Under the pieces are notes generated by a model, which worked only from the letters and a program-made list of their open reading frames with translations, made no database searches and had not been told where the DNA came from. Positions 41,531 through 50,392 of a stretch of 52,201 bases of DNA are shown here, piece by piece (within the stretch, counting starts at the first letter, position 1; every line of letters begins with the position of its first letter). Source of the DNA: an uncultured Clostridia bacterium (GTDB lineage Bacteria; Bacillota; Clostridia; Christensenellales; UBA1242); assembly GCA_947054085.1 (NCBI GenBank), contig CAMRVD010000003.1:1-52201 (forward strand). The letters are read 5' to 3'. Position numbers and translations under genes: made by a program.

Positions 41531-41560
41531 TAAAACCACCAAAACTTGGTGGTTTTTTAT
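41531..41560 (+). terminator. Intrinsic terminator (near-duplicate of 42408-42439)
   Basis: AAAACCACCAA-AAC-TTGGTGGTTTTTT. Confidence 0.85.
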
Positions 41561-41597
41561 AGTATAAAAACTTTTGCATAATATTTTAAATTAAGTA

Positions 41598-41626
41598 TTG
41601 AAAACCTTTAAATAATATGTTATAAT
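41598..41626 (+). promoter_or_regulatory. Sigma-A promoter of the DUF6273-like gene
   Basis: TTGAAA-17 nt-TATAAT with extended TG; AAGGAGG RBS follows. Confidence 0.8.
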
Positions 41627-41661
41627 GCATTTAATCTAATTCAAGGCAAGGAGGAAAAAAT

Positions 41662-42369
41662 ATGTCAGAATTATTAGAATATGGCTATGTGCCAAGTACA
41701 TCAGAATACGACAAGTATTTTGAAAAATTTAGGGCTTTTATGTCTGCAGATGTTTCCGCCAAAGCCAAAGAACAAGGTGCATGGGTTAGCGATAACTACA
41801 AAGGCAAAGGATACTTCCCTATGCGTTCTCCGCTGCCTGGGTCGTCTTATGGAGTCTCTTACGGCGACACTGATGGCACTCTAGCTTGGATCTTTGGTAC
41901 CCACCTCCACGCCGGCTTGCGTGTCGCTTTAAACCTAATCTATAATCCAGATAGTAGCCTTGTTAAAGGTTGCAAATATTTAAAGCAAACTTCTTTGGTA
42001 TGCGACGAAGAAACTGATGAAGATATAAAAGTAACCAGTACAGCACCAATTATTACTGTAGATGGCACTCAGTTTATTTGGCTAAACAAAGAGGATTGCG
42101 AAGTTGGAACAGCTAAAACAATGGAGCTATGGAGCTTGGAACTTGTAGAAAGGGCTGAGGCGTTTGACGTAGCAGGTGACCATAACGATTACGCAAAATC
42201 CGAAAAACTAAGAGCACAATGTAACCGCTTTGTTTGGGATTTAGCACAAAAAAATGCAGAATTTAAAGAACTACTAGTGCCAGTAAAAATATCTAGCGAA
42301 GATGACTACCAAACTGCAATACCACAACTACCAAAAGCTAAGGAGATACGGGCAGCCCAATGGTGTTAA
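41662..42369 (+). CDS. DUF6273/CLec-like protein, candidate DGR target with internal variable region
   Basis: YFPMRSP..V.Y..DG....GLRVAL resembles the WWLRSP..V..DG..GVRPAL motif; the later NDYAKSEKLR resembles NxYxxSxIR. Confidence 0.6.
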   Translation: MSELLEYGYVPSTSEYDKYFEKFRAFMSADVSAKAKEQGAWVSDNYKGKGYFPMRSPLPGSSYGVSYGDTDGTLAWIFGTHLHAGLRVALNLIYNPDSSLVKGCKYLKQTSLVCDEETDEDIKVTSTAPIITVDGTQFIWLNKEDCEVGTAKTMELWSLELVERAEAFDVAGDHNDYAKSEKLRAQCNRFVWDLAQKNAEFKELLVPVKISSEDDYQTAIPQLPKAKEIRAAQWC

Positions 42370-42407
42370 AAGGTTAATAATAACATTTTAGATTTTTATC
42401 AATCATA

Positions 42408-42439
42408 TAAAAACCGCCAAAATTTGGTGGTTTTTTTAT
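42408..42439. terminator. Bidirectional terminator between the DUF6273-like gene and hisS
   Basis: AAAAACCGCCAA-AAT-TTGGTGGTTTTTTT between convergent genes. Confidence 0.85.
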
Positions 42440-42466
42440 CGCTCAATTAATTGGCTACAACAATTT

Positions 42467-43735
42467 TTACAACTCTTTAATAACCGAAATATCGTCAATT
42501 TTTACAAAGTGCGTAAAGTTGCAATTTTTTAGTTTTTCAAAAAATGCTTTGTAATTTTTAGGCTCTAAAAATGTAGATACTGCAGGTTGATCTTTAAAAT
42601 ATTTATTAATTAATGCATTTTTTGCGATTATAACTTCGGTTAATGTACAATTTTTATTATAAATCAAAGCAATTTTTATATCACAAACTTTTTTCCCGCT
42701 TTCTTTAAGTAGCATTACAACTGGGTCTAGTCCTATGCTATAGCCTACAGCCGGAACGCTATTTCCAACAAATTTTTCTAGCATTTTGTCGTATCTACCA
42801 CCGCCGCCTATAGCACGGTTAAAATTACCCGTAGTAGTATAACATTCAAACACCGTACCCGTATAGTAGCCTTGCCCACGAACAACAGTTATATCAAATA
42901 CCACATTAACTTCTGTAAATTGTTTAATAGTGGTTATTAAGTTTTGTAAATTGTCTGCGATTTCATCCATATTGCCATACTGGGTAAGTTCTTGTGGATT
43001 GCCGCTAGCCTGCAGACTTGATATAATTTCTAAAAGCTTACCTGCCATATTATCTATGCCACTTATTTCGCTAAAGTTTTTAGCAATTTCTGCAATAACA
43101 TTCTCTTTACCAATTTTGTCTAACTTATCTAAGCTAATGCAAACTTTGTTAACATCCTCTTCCTTAAAGCCAACATATTTTATTATGCTAGCAAGTGCCC
43201 TGCGGTCGTTGATTTTTAGCGTAATACTTTGTAGCCCTATATTTTTATAGGCAAGCATTGCAGCAATCAAAATTTCAGCTTCTGCAAAAATACTTTCGTC
43301 GCCCCAAATATCTATGTCACACTGAGTAAACTGGCGATTACGCCCGCGCTGAGGTTTTTCTGCCCTAAAACTTTCGTCTATCTGTATTGCTTTAAATGGC
43401 ATAGGTAGTTTTTCGCGGTTTCCTGCATAAAGACGCGCTAGTGGAACAGTTAAGTCGTATCTTAGACCCTCTTCGGTTATATCGGCTTCGGTTAAAGTAG
43501 GTTTATCTAGGTTAAGTTTTTCGCCACGCTTAACCGTTTTAAACATAAGCTTTTGGTTATCCCCACTATCGCCACTGGTTAGCAAATTTAAATTTTCTAG
43601 TATTGGCGTTTTAACCTGTAAAAAGCCATTTTGCTTAAATGTTTTAAGTATTTTATCTATAGCGTACTGCCTAAGCTCCATTTCGGCTGGTAAGTAATCT
43701 ACAGTTCCCTTTATTGGATTTGTATTAATTTTCAT
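42467..43735 (-). CDS. hisS: Histidyl-tRNA synthetase
   Basis: LRYDLTVPLAR, FRAEKPQRGRNRQFTQCDID, GGGGRYD. Confidence 0.97.
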   Translation of the reverse strand: MKINTNPIKGTVDYLPAEMELRQYAIDKILKTFKQNGFLQVKTPILENLNLLTSGDSGDNQKLMFKTVKRGEKLNLDKPTLTEADITEEGLRYDLTVPLARLYAGNREKLPMPFKAIQIDESFRAEKPQRGRNRQFTQCDIDIWGDESIFAEAEILIAAMLAYKNIGLQSITLKINDRRALASIIKYVGFKEEDVNKVCISLDKLDKIGKENVIAEIAKNFSEISGIDNMAGKLLEIISSLQASGNPQELTQYGNMDEIADNLQNLITTIKQFTEVNVVFDITVVRGQGYYTGTVFECYTTTGNFNRAIGGGGRYDKMLEKFVGNSVPAVGYSIGLDPVVMLLKESGKKVCDIKIALIYNKNCTLTEVIIAKNALINKYFKDQPAVSTFLEPKNYKAFFEKLKNCNFTHFVKIDDISVIKEL

Positions 43736-43767
43736 ATTTTTATTCCTTAAAATCTATTAATTATCTT

Positions 43768-44655
43768 TTAATTATCTATAAAATCTTCTACAAGTTTTTT
43801 AGCGGCACTAGTGTAGTCGCTATTGCCGTCTAGCCAAATTGTATAATCGTCTTTTTTAAACCAAGTGTCTTGACGTTTAGCATAATGACGCTCTTGCTTT
43901 AAAAGCTCGGCTCTAAATTCCTCGTAGCTTGTAAACTTGCCTAAAATGTAGTCGCTCGCAAGTTTAGCTTCTAGCCCAATTTTATCTAAAAATTCCTTGG
44001 TTGTACCGGTTTTTAGCAAGTTTTCCACTTCGCTGATTATATGCGGAAGCCGTGCATCCAATCGCTGCTCTATGCGGCTATAAATTTGCTCGCGGGTATA
44101 CCTTATGCCAATTTGCAAAGCTTTATATTTAGGTTGGCTTGGCTTTTTAAGACCGCTTCCTGCCATAACTTTTTCGAGCATTCTTATTAAATGGCGGATT
44201 GTAAGCTGATTATCTATATCCGTAACGCCATAATCATTTAGTTTTTGGGTAAGTTCGGCTTTGGTTAGCTTAGATAATTCATTCCGCGTATTTTCGTCTA
44301 CGCCGTTACTATCTAAGCTATAGCCCTCTACTACACTTCGTACATAAAGCCCCGTGCCGCCTACTAATATTGGTAATTTGTTTCGGCTAAGAATACCATC
44401 TATAGCCTTGTAAGCGTCTTCTTGATAACTTGCTAAATTGTAGCTTTGGTTAGTGTCTAGTATATCTATTAAGTGATGCTTTACTTGGGCTTGCTCTTGT
44501 TTAGTTACCTTGCCCGTGCAGTAGTCCATGCCCTTGTAAATTTGGCGGCTGTCGGCAGAAACAATTTCGCCATTATACTGTTTTGCTATTTTTATAGCTA
44601 GGTCGCTTTTGCCCGAACTGGTTAGCCCTACTACAGAAATAATTTTGTTTACCAT
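43768..44655 (-). CDS. miaA: tRNA dimethylallyltransferase
   Basis: GLTSSGKS, SADSRQIY, VGGTGLY, YAKRQDTWF. Confidence 0.96.
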   Translation of the reverse strand: MVNKIISVVGLTSSGKSDLAIKIAKQYNGEIVSADSRQIYKGMDYCTGKVTKQEQAQVKHHLIDILDTNQSYNLASYQEDAYKAIDGILSRNKLPILVGGTGLYVRSVVEGYSLDSNGVDENTRNELSKLTKAELTQKLNDYGVTDIDNQLTIRHLIRMLEKVMAGSGLKKPSQPKYKALQIGIRYTREQIYSRIEQRLDARLPHIISEVENLLKTGTTKEFLDKIGLEAKLASDYILGKFTSYEEFRAELLKQERHYAKRQDTWFKKDDYTIWLDGNSDYTSAAKKLVEDFIDN

Positions 44656-44759
44656 TCGGTATCGCGTCCATCAATTTTTATGTCGTCATAAAAATCGAAA
44701 TACTTAGTATTTTTTTTATTTTTAGGTTTTATAACTTTTTTTTGCGTTTTTACTGCCAT
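44649..44759 (-). CDS. Putative 36-aa small protein/leader peptide overlapping the miaA start (not in ORF track)
   Basis: MAVKTQKKVIKPKNKKNTKYFDFYDDIKIDGRDTEW*; ATG 6 nt after TGn-TATATT; overlaps the miaA start by 7 nt. Confidence 0.55.
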   Translation of the reverse strand: MAVKTQKKVIKPKNKKNTKYFDFYDDIKIDGRDTEW

Positions 44760-44928
44760 ACTAGCAATATAGCACATTTTAAAAATTATTAAAACAATAT
44801 TTAACAAAATAATTTGAATTTTATTACTATAAAGTGGTATATTAAAGTAAATAAACCTAGCATTTGCAAATAATTAATAAAACTTTAATTTTTACACAAT
44901 AAAAAATGCTTACCAAAAAGGAAATATT

Positions 44929-45150
44929 ATGAAAGTTATGTTAAACCCAGATAAAAAACAAGTAGAACTAATAAAAGAGGGGCTAAAACGCACTGGCGGA
45001 TACTGCCCATGCAAGGTAAAACTGCCCCAAAACAAATGTATGTGCGAAGAGTTCCGTAATCAGATTGCCGACCCCAACTTTTATGGCCTTTGCTACTGCG
45101 GCTTGTATTTAAAAACAAAGGATGAGGATATAAAGCCAACTACAAAGTAA
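44929..45150 (+). CDS. Ferredoxin-thioredoxin reductase catalytic-subunit-like small protein
   Basis: GYCPC, CMC and CYCGLY cysteine pattern. Confidence 0.8.
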   Translation: MKVMLNPDKKQVELIKEGLKRTGGYCPCKVKLPQNKCMCEEFRNQIADPNFYGLCYCGLYLKTKDEDIKPTTK

Positions 45151-45286
45151 ATAATGAGTTTTTGTTACCCTAGCCCTTGCACTTCATGCAAACTAGGGTT
45201 TCTACAATAGACATTTGTTTTTTGTATATATTGCATATATGTTTCTCTCACGCCGAGGGCGAAACTCGGCAAATGCTTTTCCACTC

Positions 45287-46648
45287 TTACTGCTTAATGC
45301 TTAAGCAGACGAGCGTTTCTACATTAGCCGTTTGTGGAAACATATCGTACGGCTGAATAGTAGTAATATTGTAATACTCTTTTAAATAATTTAAGTCGCG
45401 TGCAAGGGTTGCGGGATTACAACTAACATAAATTATGGTTTTTGGCAAGGCTTCGTTTAGTGCATTTAACACTTTTTTATCGCATCCTTTGCGTGGTGGG
45501 TCTAAAACAACTACTAAATTTTTTATATTTTGACTTTTTAAGTTTTTTATAAGTTTTGGCAGTTCCTCTCCGCAGTCGCCACAAATATTTGTAAGGTTAC
45601 AAATATTGTTAGCTTTAACAAGATCGTTTGCGTTATCTATCGCCTCATTTACTATTTCGATAGCATATACTTGCTTACATTTTTTTGCCATTATGCCCGA
45701 TAGCACACCCGCCCCGCTATAGGCATCTATAACCACACTACTACTTTCTATATTATCTAAAACTTTGTTATACAGCATAGCTTTTACTTGGTTATTAACT
45801 TGCATAAAACTATGCGTATTTATGCTATAATCCAAATTAAACTCGTTTACTTTAAGTTCGCCAGTGCCGGCAATTACATAATCCGCATTACCTAGTATTA
45901 CATTATTATCCTTGTTATTTATATTTACAACAATATTAACTATTTTGTATTTTTGACCCAGTTTTTTATATAAATTTTGCAAATTAGCTATTTTATTTGT
46001 ACTAACTATTGTAAGTAAAATAATGCCCTTATATGTTCTACATACCAAATGTTTAACGCCTTTTTTGCTCTCGCTGTTATACGCTTTAAGCTCACTATTA
46101 TTTGCAAATTCCAAAAACGCATCTAATATAAACTTACACTCCTCTTGTAGTAGGCAATTATCTATTGGAACTATAGTGTGGCTTGATATTTTGTACATGC
46201 CGATAGCCATTTTGCCATCTATTTCTGAAATCGGAAAACTAAACTTATTGCGATAGCCGTACTCTTTAGGGCTGGCGATTACTTTTTGCACAGTAAAATC
46301 TAATTCTGCATACTTTTTTAAGCAATTTTTCACAAAATTTTGCTTATACACAAGCTGCTCAGCGTACTCCATGTGTTGCAGCTGGCAGCCTCCGCATTTT
46401 TTGTAGTATGGGCATGGCGGCGTTACTCTTTTTGAGCTACCTTCTATTATTTTTAGCACTTTGCCAATGGCATAATCTGATTTTACAAGTATTATTACTA
46501 TATCTACAGTTTCGCCTACAATTGTAAATGGAACAAACACGGTAAAGCCATTTATTTTAGCAATACCTTCGCCGTTATAACCATAATCGATTATTTTTAC
46601 GGTATAATTTTGATTTTTTTGCACAATATTTTGATTTTTTATGCTCAT
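45287..46648 (-). CDS. rlmD: 23S rRNA (uracil-1939-C5) methyltransferase RlmD
   Basis: TRAM domain, CGGCQLQH, LDPPRKG, YVSCNPATLARD, DMFPQT. Confidence 0.93.
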   Translation of the reverse strand: MSIKNQNIVQKNQNYTVKIIDYGYNGEGIAKINGFTVFVPFTIVGETVDIVIILVKSDYAIGKVLKIIEGSSKRVTPPCPYYKKCGGCQLQHMEYAEQLVYKQNFVKNCLKKYAELDFTVQKVIASPKEYGYRNKFSFPISEIDGKMAIGMYKISSHTIVPIDNCLLQEECKFILDAFLEFANNSELKAYNSESKKGVKHLVCRTYKGIILLTIVSTNKIANLQNLYKKLGQKYKIVNIVVNINNKDNNVILGNADYVIAGTGELKVNEFNLDYSINTHSFMQVNNQVKAMLYNKVLDNIESSSVVIDAYSGAGVLSGIMAKKCKQVYAIEIVNEAIDNANDLVKANNICNLTNICGDCGEELPKLIKNLKSQNIKNLVVVLDPPRKGCDKKVLNALNEALPKTIIYVSCNPATLARDLNYLKEYYNITTIQPYDMFPQTANVETLVCLSIKQ

Positions 46649-46819
46649 TTTTATTTTTTCCTATTTATTTTCTGCAAAATGCAGTTGATTAATTAAAATT
46701 TATTTAAAAATTTGGTTTTTTCTTTATTACAACAATTTTTATAAAGATAAAATATCATAAATTTAGATTTTTTGCAAGTTATGTTGACACTACTATGCGT
46801 AAATATATATAATTGCAAT

Positions 46820-47695
46820 ATGAATTGTAATATATGCCCGCGTGCCTGCAATGTAAACCGAACAACAACTTTTGGCTATTGCGGCAAAGACGAATGTTTA
46901 CAAATAGCAAAAGTAATGCTTCACTATGGCGAAGAGCCTTTTTTAACCAAACACAATGGTGCAAGTGGAGCTATCTTTTTTGCTGGTTGCAACCTTAAAT
47001 GTATATATTGCCAAAACTACGATATTTCTAATGGCAGTGGCAAACCTGTAACCGTTGACAAATTAATAAATATTTTTAAACAACTAGAGACAGCCGGTGC
47101 AAATAATATAGACCTTGTTACCCCAACCCACTATGCTAAACTAATTTATACGGCATTAAAAAAGTACAAACCAAGCATTCCAGTTATTTATAACTGCGGA
47201 GGTTACGAAAGCGAAGACACCATTGTACAATTAGCAAAAGTTGTAGATATTTTTTTGTTCGATTTAAAGTATTACGACGACAATCTTGCAATTAAGTACT
47301 CCGCTGCTCCAAACTATTTTAGATACGCAGGTAGTGCTATCAAAAAAGCGGCAAGCCTTAAGCCAAACCAATTTATCAGTAAACAAATGGTAAGCGGTGT
47401 GGTTGTTCGCCACCTTTGTTTGCCAAGCCATATAAACGACAGCAAACAAATTTTATCATGGATAAGCGAAAATTTAGGTAATAGCACTTATGTTAGTTTA
47501 ATGAGCCAGTATGTTCCAATGTACAAAGCTAAAGACTATCCAGAAATTAACCGCACACTTAAGCCTATAGAATATAAAGTTGTGGTAAATCATGCTATAA
47601 AACTTGGACTTAAAAATGTATTTGTTCAAGATATTTCTAGTAGCACAACCGAATTTATTCCAGACTTTAACAACCCCGGCGATTTTAAATTTTAA
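46820..47695 (+). CDS. Radical SAM protein, PflX-like
   Basis: CNICPRAC, GCNLKCIYCQNYDIS, VTPTHY, VRHLCLP; likely start 46820. Confidence 0.88.
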   Translation: MNCNICPRACNVNRTTTFGYCGKDECLQIAKVMLHYGEEPFLTKHNGASGAIFFAGCNLKCIYCQNYDISNGSGKPVTVDKLINIFKQLETAGANNIDLVTPTHYAKLIYTALKKYKPSIPVIYNCGGYESEDTIVQLAKVVDIFLFDLKYYDDNLAIKYSAAPNYFRYAGSAIKKAASLKPNQFISKQMVSGVVVRHLCLPSHINDSKQILSWISENLGNSTYVSLMSQYVPMYKAKDYPEINRTLKPIEYKVVVNHAIKLGLKNVFVQDISSSTTEFIPDFNNPGDFKF

Positions 47696-47777
47696 ATAAT
47701 TTTAATTGCTAAAAAACGCAAAATATGCTATTTTATCTATAAAATGAATAATCTTTAATAGCATTTAGGAGGTTTTT

Positions 47778-48320
47778 ATGAGAATTTTTATTTGTGGTGG
47801 CGTAGACCAAGATATAAAGCCAATGTATCGTAAAGGTATAGAAAAACTTGCAGAAGGACTAATCAAGCGAGGACACTCTATAATACTAGTTGGGGCTAAA
47901 ACTGGTTGCATCGGCGATATGTATAATACATACCAAAAGTTGGGCGGAGTTGTAGACTTGCTTGTGCCCGATTGTTATGCAAGCGATGCAGATAATTTAT
48001 CGGCACGCTCTATTATTAGCGTTACAGGCTTACATATGTTACAACAAGTTGCAACAAAAAATAGCGAAGCAACAATAATTCTTCCTGGTGGTAACGGCAC
48101 AATGGCAGAACTTTATATGATAACTGACAATGTAAAAGCCGGCTTTGATAACGACCCAATTATTCTTTATAACATCAACGGCTTCTACGATTTTGTAAAG
48201 TCTACCAACGCATTTTTATTAGAAGCCGGAGCTATGAAACCGTTTCAAAACGCAAATTTTACTTTTTGCGATACTTACAAAGATATACTAAAATTAATAG
48301 ATAATTTAAATAAAAAATAA
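47778..48320 (+). CDS. LOG-family (SLOG) protein, divergent
   Basis: LPGGNGTMAE and PIILYNINGFYD motifs. Confidence 0.8.
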   Translation: MRIFICGGVDQDIKPMYRKGIEKLAEGLIKRGHSIILVGAKTGCIGDMYNTYQKLGGVVDLLVPDCYASDADNLSARSIISVTGLHMLQQVATKNSEATIILPGGNGTMAELYMITDNVKAGFDNDPIILYNINGFYDFVKSTNAFLLEAGAMKPFQNANFTFCDTYKDILKLIDNLNKK

Positions 48321-48326
48321 ATAAGC

Positions 48327-48355
48327 AAAAGGCACCTATATAACTGGTGCCTTTT
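48327..48355. terminator. Bidirectional terminator
   Basis: AAAAGGCACC..GGTGCCTTTT between convergent genes. Confidence 0.85.
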
Positions 48356-48381
48356 ATATATATTTTAGGTTTATTTATTTG

Positions 48382-48723
48382 TTATTGTTTAGATTTAGTA
48401 GCTCCGCAATGAGGACACTTGTTTTGGTTGGATGTATACGTACCTCCGCAGTATTGGCAAGTAACAGAACCATCCTTTCCTTTTTTAAAACTTTCTCCAA
48501 ATTTTTGAAAATTATCCGAAATCTTATTTATTATTTCCTCCTCGCCACCGTTTCGCATCCTTTTATGCATTTTAATTTGTTTTATAAAAATAAGTACCAT
48601 AATAGCGATAGTAATAAATATTATGGAACCCGTAAAAATTCCAAAAATAGAAAACATTCTTTTAGCTGAGGACAAACTTTGCATTTCGTTAAAATTTAAT
48701 AATATGTTAAAAAATGTATTCAT
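48382..48723 (-). CDS. Small membrane protein with C-terminal zinc ribbon
   Basis: One TM helix; CQYC..CPHCGA; AAGGAG RBS. Confidence 0.75.
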   Translation of the reverse strand: MNTFFNILLNFNEMQSLSSAKRMFSIFGIFTGSIIFITIAIMVLIFIKQIKMHKRMRNGGEEEIINKISDNFQKFGESFKKGKDGSVTCQYCGGTYTSNQNKCPHCGATKSKQ

Positions 48724-48820
48724 AATGACTCTCCTTAATTATTGTACTTAAAATTACCAGATAAGTCAATATTTTTATGCCAACTTACCACACTTATACA
48801 TAATTATAGATTAATCTTTA

Positions 48821-48849
48821 TTGACAAAAACGCGCGCATGTTATAAAAT
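48821..48849 (+). promoter_or_regulatory. Sigma-A promoter of the DnaD/DnaC-like pair
   Basis: TTGACA-17 nt-TAAAAT. Confidence 0.7.
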
Positions 48850-48945
48850 AATTTATATATTTACTAATGCAAAATTTTGGCAAAACAAAATTTAATGCAA
48901 AGTTTATAATTACAAAAGTAAATTTTAAATATTTTAGGAGGGGTT

Positions 48946-50391
48946 ATGGCATTTTGCGAATTTTCGTCGTCTATTATCAGAAACGGCAGCACGCTTGTAG
49001 ATAACGCTTTTATTAACGAATTTATGCCACAAGCCCCAGCGGAGTATGTAAAAGTATATTTGTATGGGCTAAGTTTATGCTCTGCTTCTAATCAGGATTA
49101 TAACGCCGCAGATAGCGCAGCAAGTTTTTTAAATATAACCGAAGAAGAATTACTTTCTGCCTACGAATATTGGCAAGACCTTGGGATTGTGCAAATAATA
49201 TCTAAAAACCCGTTGCAAGTAAAATACCTTATAGTAAGTAAACATTCGGGCAGTGCAAAAATACGCATTAAGGGTAAATATACTGATTTTAACAATCAAG
49301 TTCAAGGTATAATAACAGGCAGAATGATTAAGCCTATCGAATTTAACGAATATTACAATCTTATAGAAAGTTATAATTTTGAGCCCGATGCCCTTGTTAT
49401 GATTATAAAGTACTGCACTGTTTTAAAAAATGAAAACGTCGGATATCCTTACATTTTAGCAGTTGCTCATAGTTTTGCTCGAGATAATATTAAAAATACT
49501 TCGGCAGTGGAACAAAAAATGCTTGAACAAGAAAAATCTACCGCCGAAATTAAACAGGTTTTATCTGCTTTAGGAATAAAACGTCCTGCTGATATAGAAG
49601 AACGTAATACTTACTTAAAGTGGTCTAACAAATTTGGCTTTAGTCACGCTGTAATACTAGAAGTAGCAAAATCTTTAAAAAAGCAAGGCGGAATAAATAA
49701 GCTGGATAATCTGCTTACAAAATACTACGAACAACGATTATTTACCATTAAAGAAATTAATGAGTATTCCTTGCAACGTAGTCAAATGTTTGAAGCTGCA
49801 AAAAATGTATCTCGTAATTTAGGTTTGTATTATCAAAACCTCGACAATGTGGTAGAAACTTATATTGCACCATGGCTACAAATGGGCTATAACGACGAAA
49901 CCTTACTGCTTATTAGCAACTATTGTTTTAAGCATAGTTATCGCAGTTTAGAGGCTATGAACGATGTTGTTTTAAAATTTTATAAACTTGGGCTTGTAAC
50001 CGTAGAAGCAATTAATCAATACACAAACGAAATTTTGTATACAGATAGTGTAATTAAAGAAATTTTAGAAACATGCAAACTAGAACGCAGTGTTAATTCT
50101 AGTGATCGTGATTTTTACAAAACATGGACTACTCTTTGGGGGTTTGAAAAACCTGCAATTTTATGTATCGCAAAAAAATCCATTGGAACAATTGGGCCAA
50201 TGGCGTATATGAATAGGATTTTGTCTACTTTACATAACCAAAACAAACATAGTTTAAAGGACGCTCAAGATTACGTAATAAAAAATCAATCTAATGATGC
50301 CAAACCTAACGAACTCAAATATATGCAACGCTCATACTCTAAAGAAGAACTTGACGCATTGTTTGATAGTTTAGATGACATAGAGGTGTAA
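48946..50391 (+). CDS. DnaD/DnaB-domain replication protein
   Basis: VDNAFINEFMPQAP.EYVKVYLY N-terminus, repeated DnaD-like helical units, YMNRIL; coupled to an ATPase gene. Confidence 0.8.
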   Translation: MAFCEFSSSIIRNGSTLVDNAFINEFMPQAPAEYVKVYLYGLSLCSASNQDYNAADSAASFLNITEEELLSAYEYWQDLGIVQIISKNPLQVKYLIVSKHSGSAKIRIKGKYTDFNNQVQGIITGRMIKPIEFNEYYNLIESYNFEPDALVMIIKYCTVLKNENVGYPYILAVAHSFARDNIKNTSAVEQKMLEQEKSTAEIKQVLSALGIKRPADIEERNTYLKWSNKFGFSHAVILEVAKSLKKQGGINKLDNLLTKYYEQRLFTIKEINEYSLQRSQMFEAAKNVSRNLGLYYQNLDNVVETYIAPWLQMGYNDETLLLISNYCFKHSYRSLEAMNDVVLKFYKLGLVTVEAINQYTNEILYTDSVIKEILETCKLERSVNSSDRDFYKTWTTLWGFEKPAILCIAKKSIGTIGPMAYMNRILSTLHNQNKHSLKDAQDYVIKNQSNDAKPNELKYMQRSYSKEELDALFDSLDDIEV

Positions 50392-50392
50392 T

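Noticed and set aside
44824-44839. Possible NrdR box upstream of the FTR-like gene
   Set aside because: Weak single match in very AT-rich DNA that overlaps a probable promoter.
45225-45286. Self-cleaving ribozyme (GGCGAAA-containing hairpins here and at 29880-29920)
   Set aside because: I could not build a hammerhead CUGANGA/GAAA core or an HDV-like nested pseudoknot; these look like simple hairpins.
45150-45330. ICE/IME integrated at the rlmD 3' end, a known hotspot
   Set aside because: No recombinase or duplicated rlmD 3' fragment is present; only short hairpins and a small redox gene follow.
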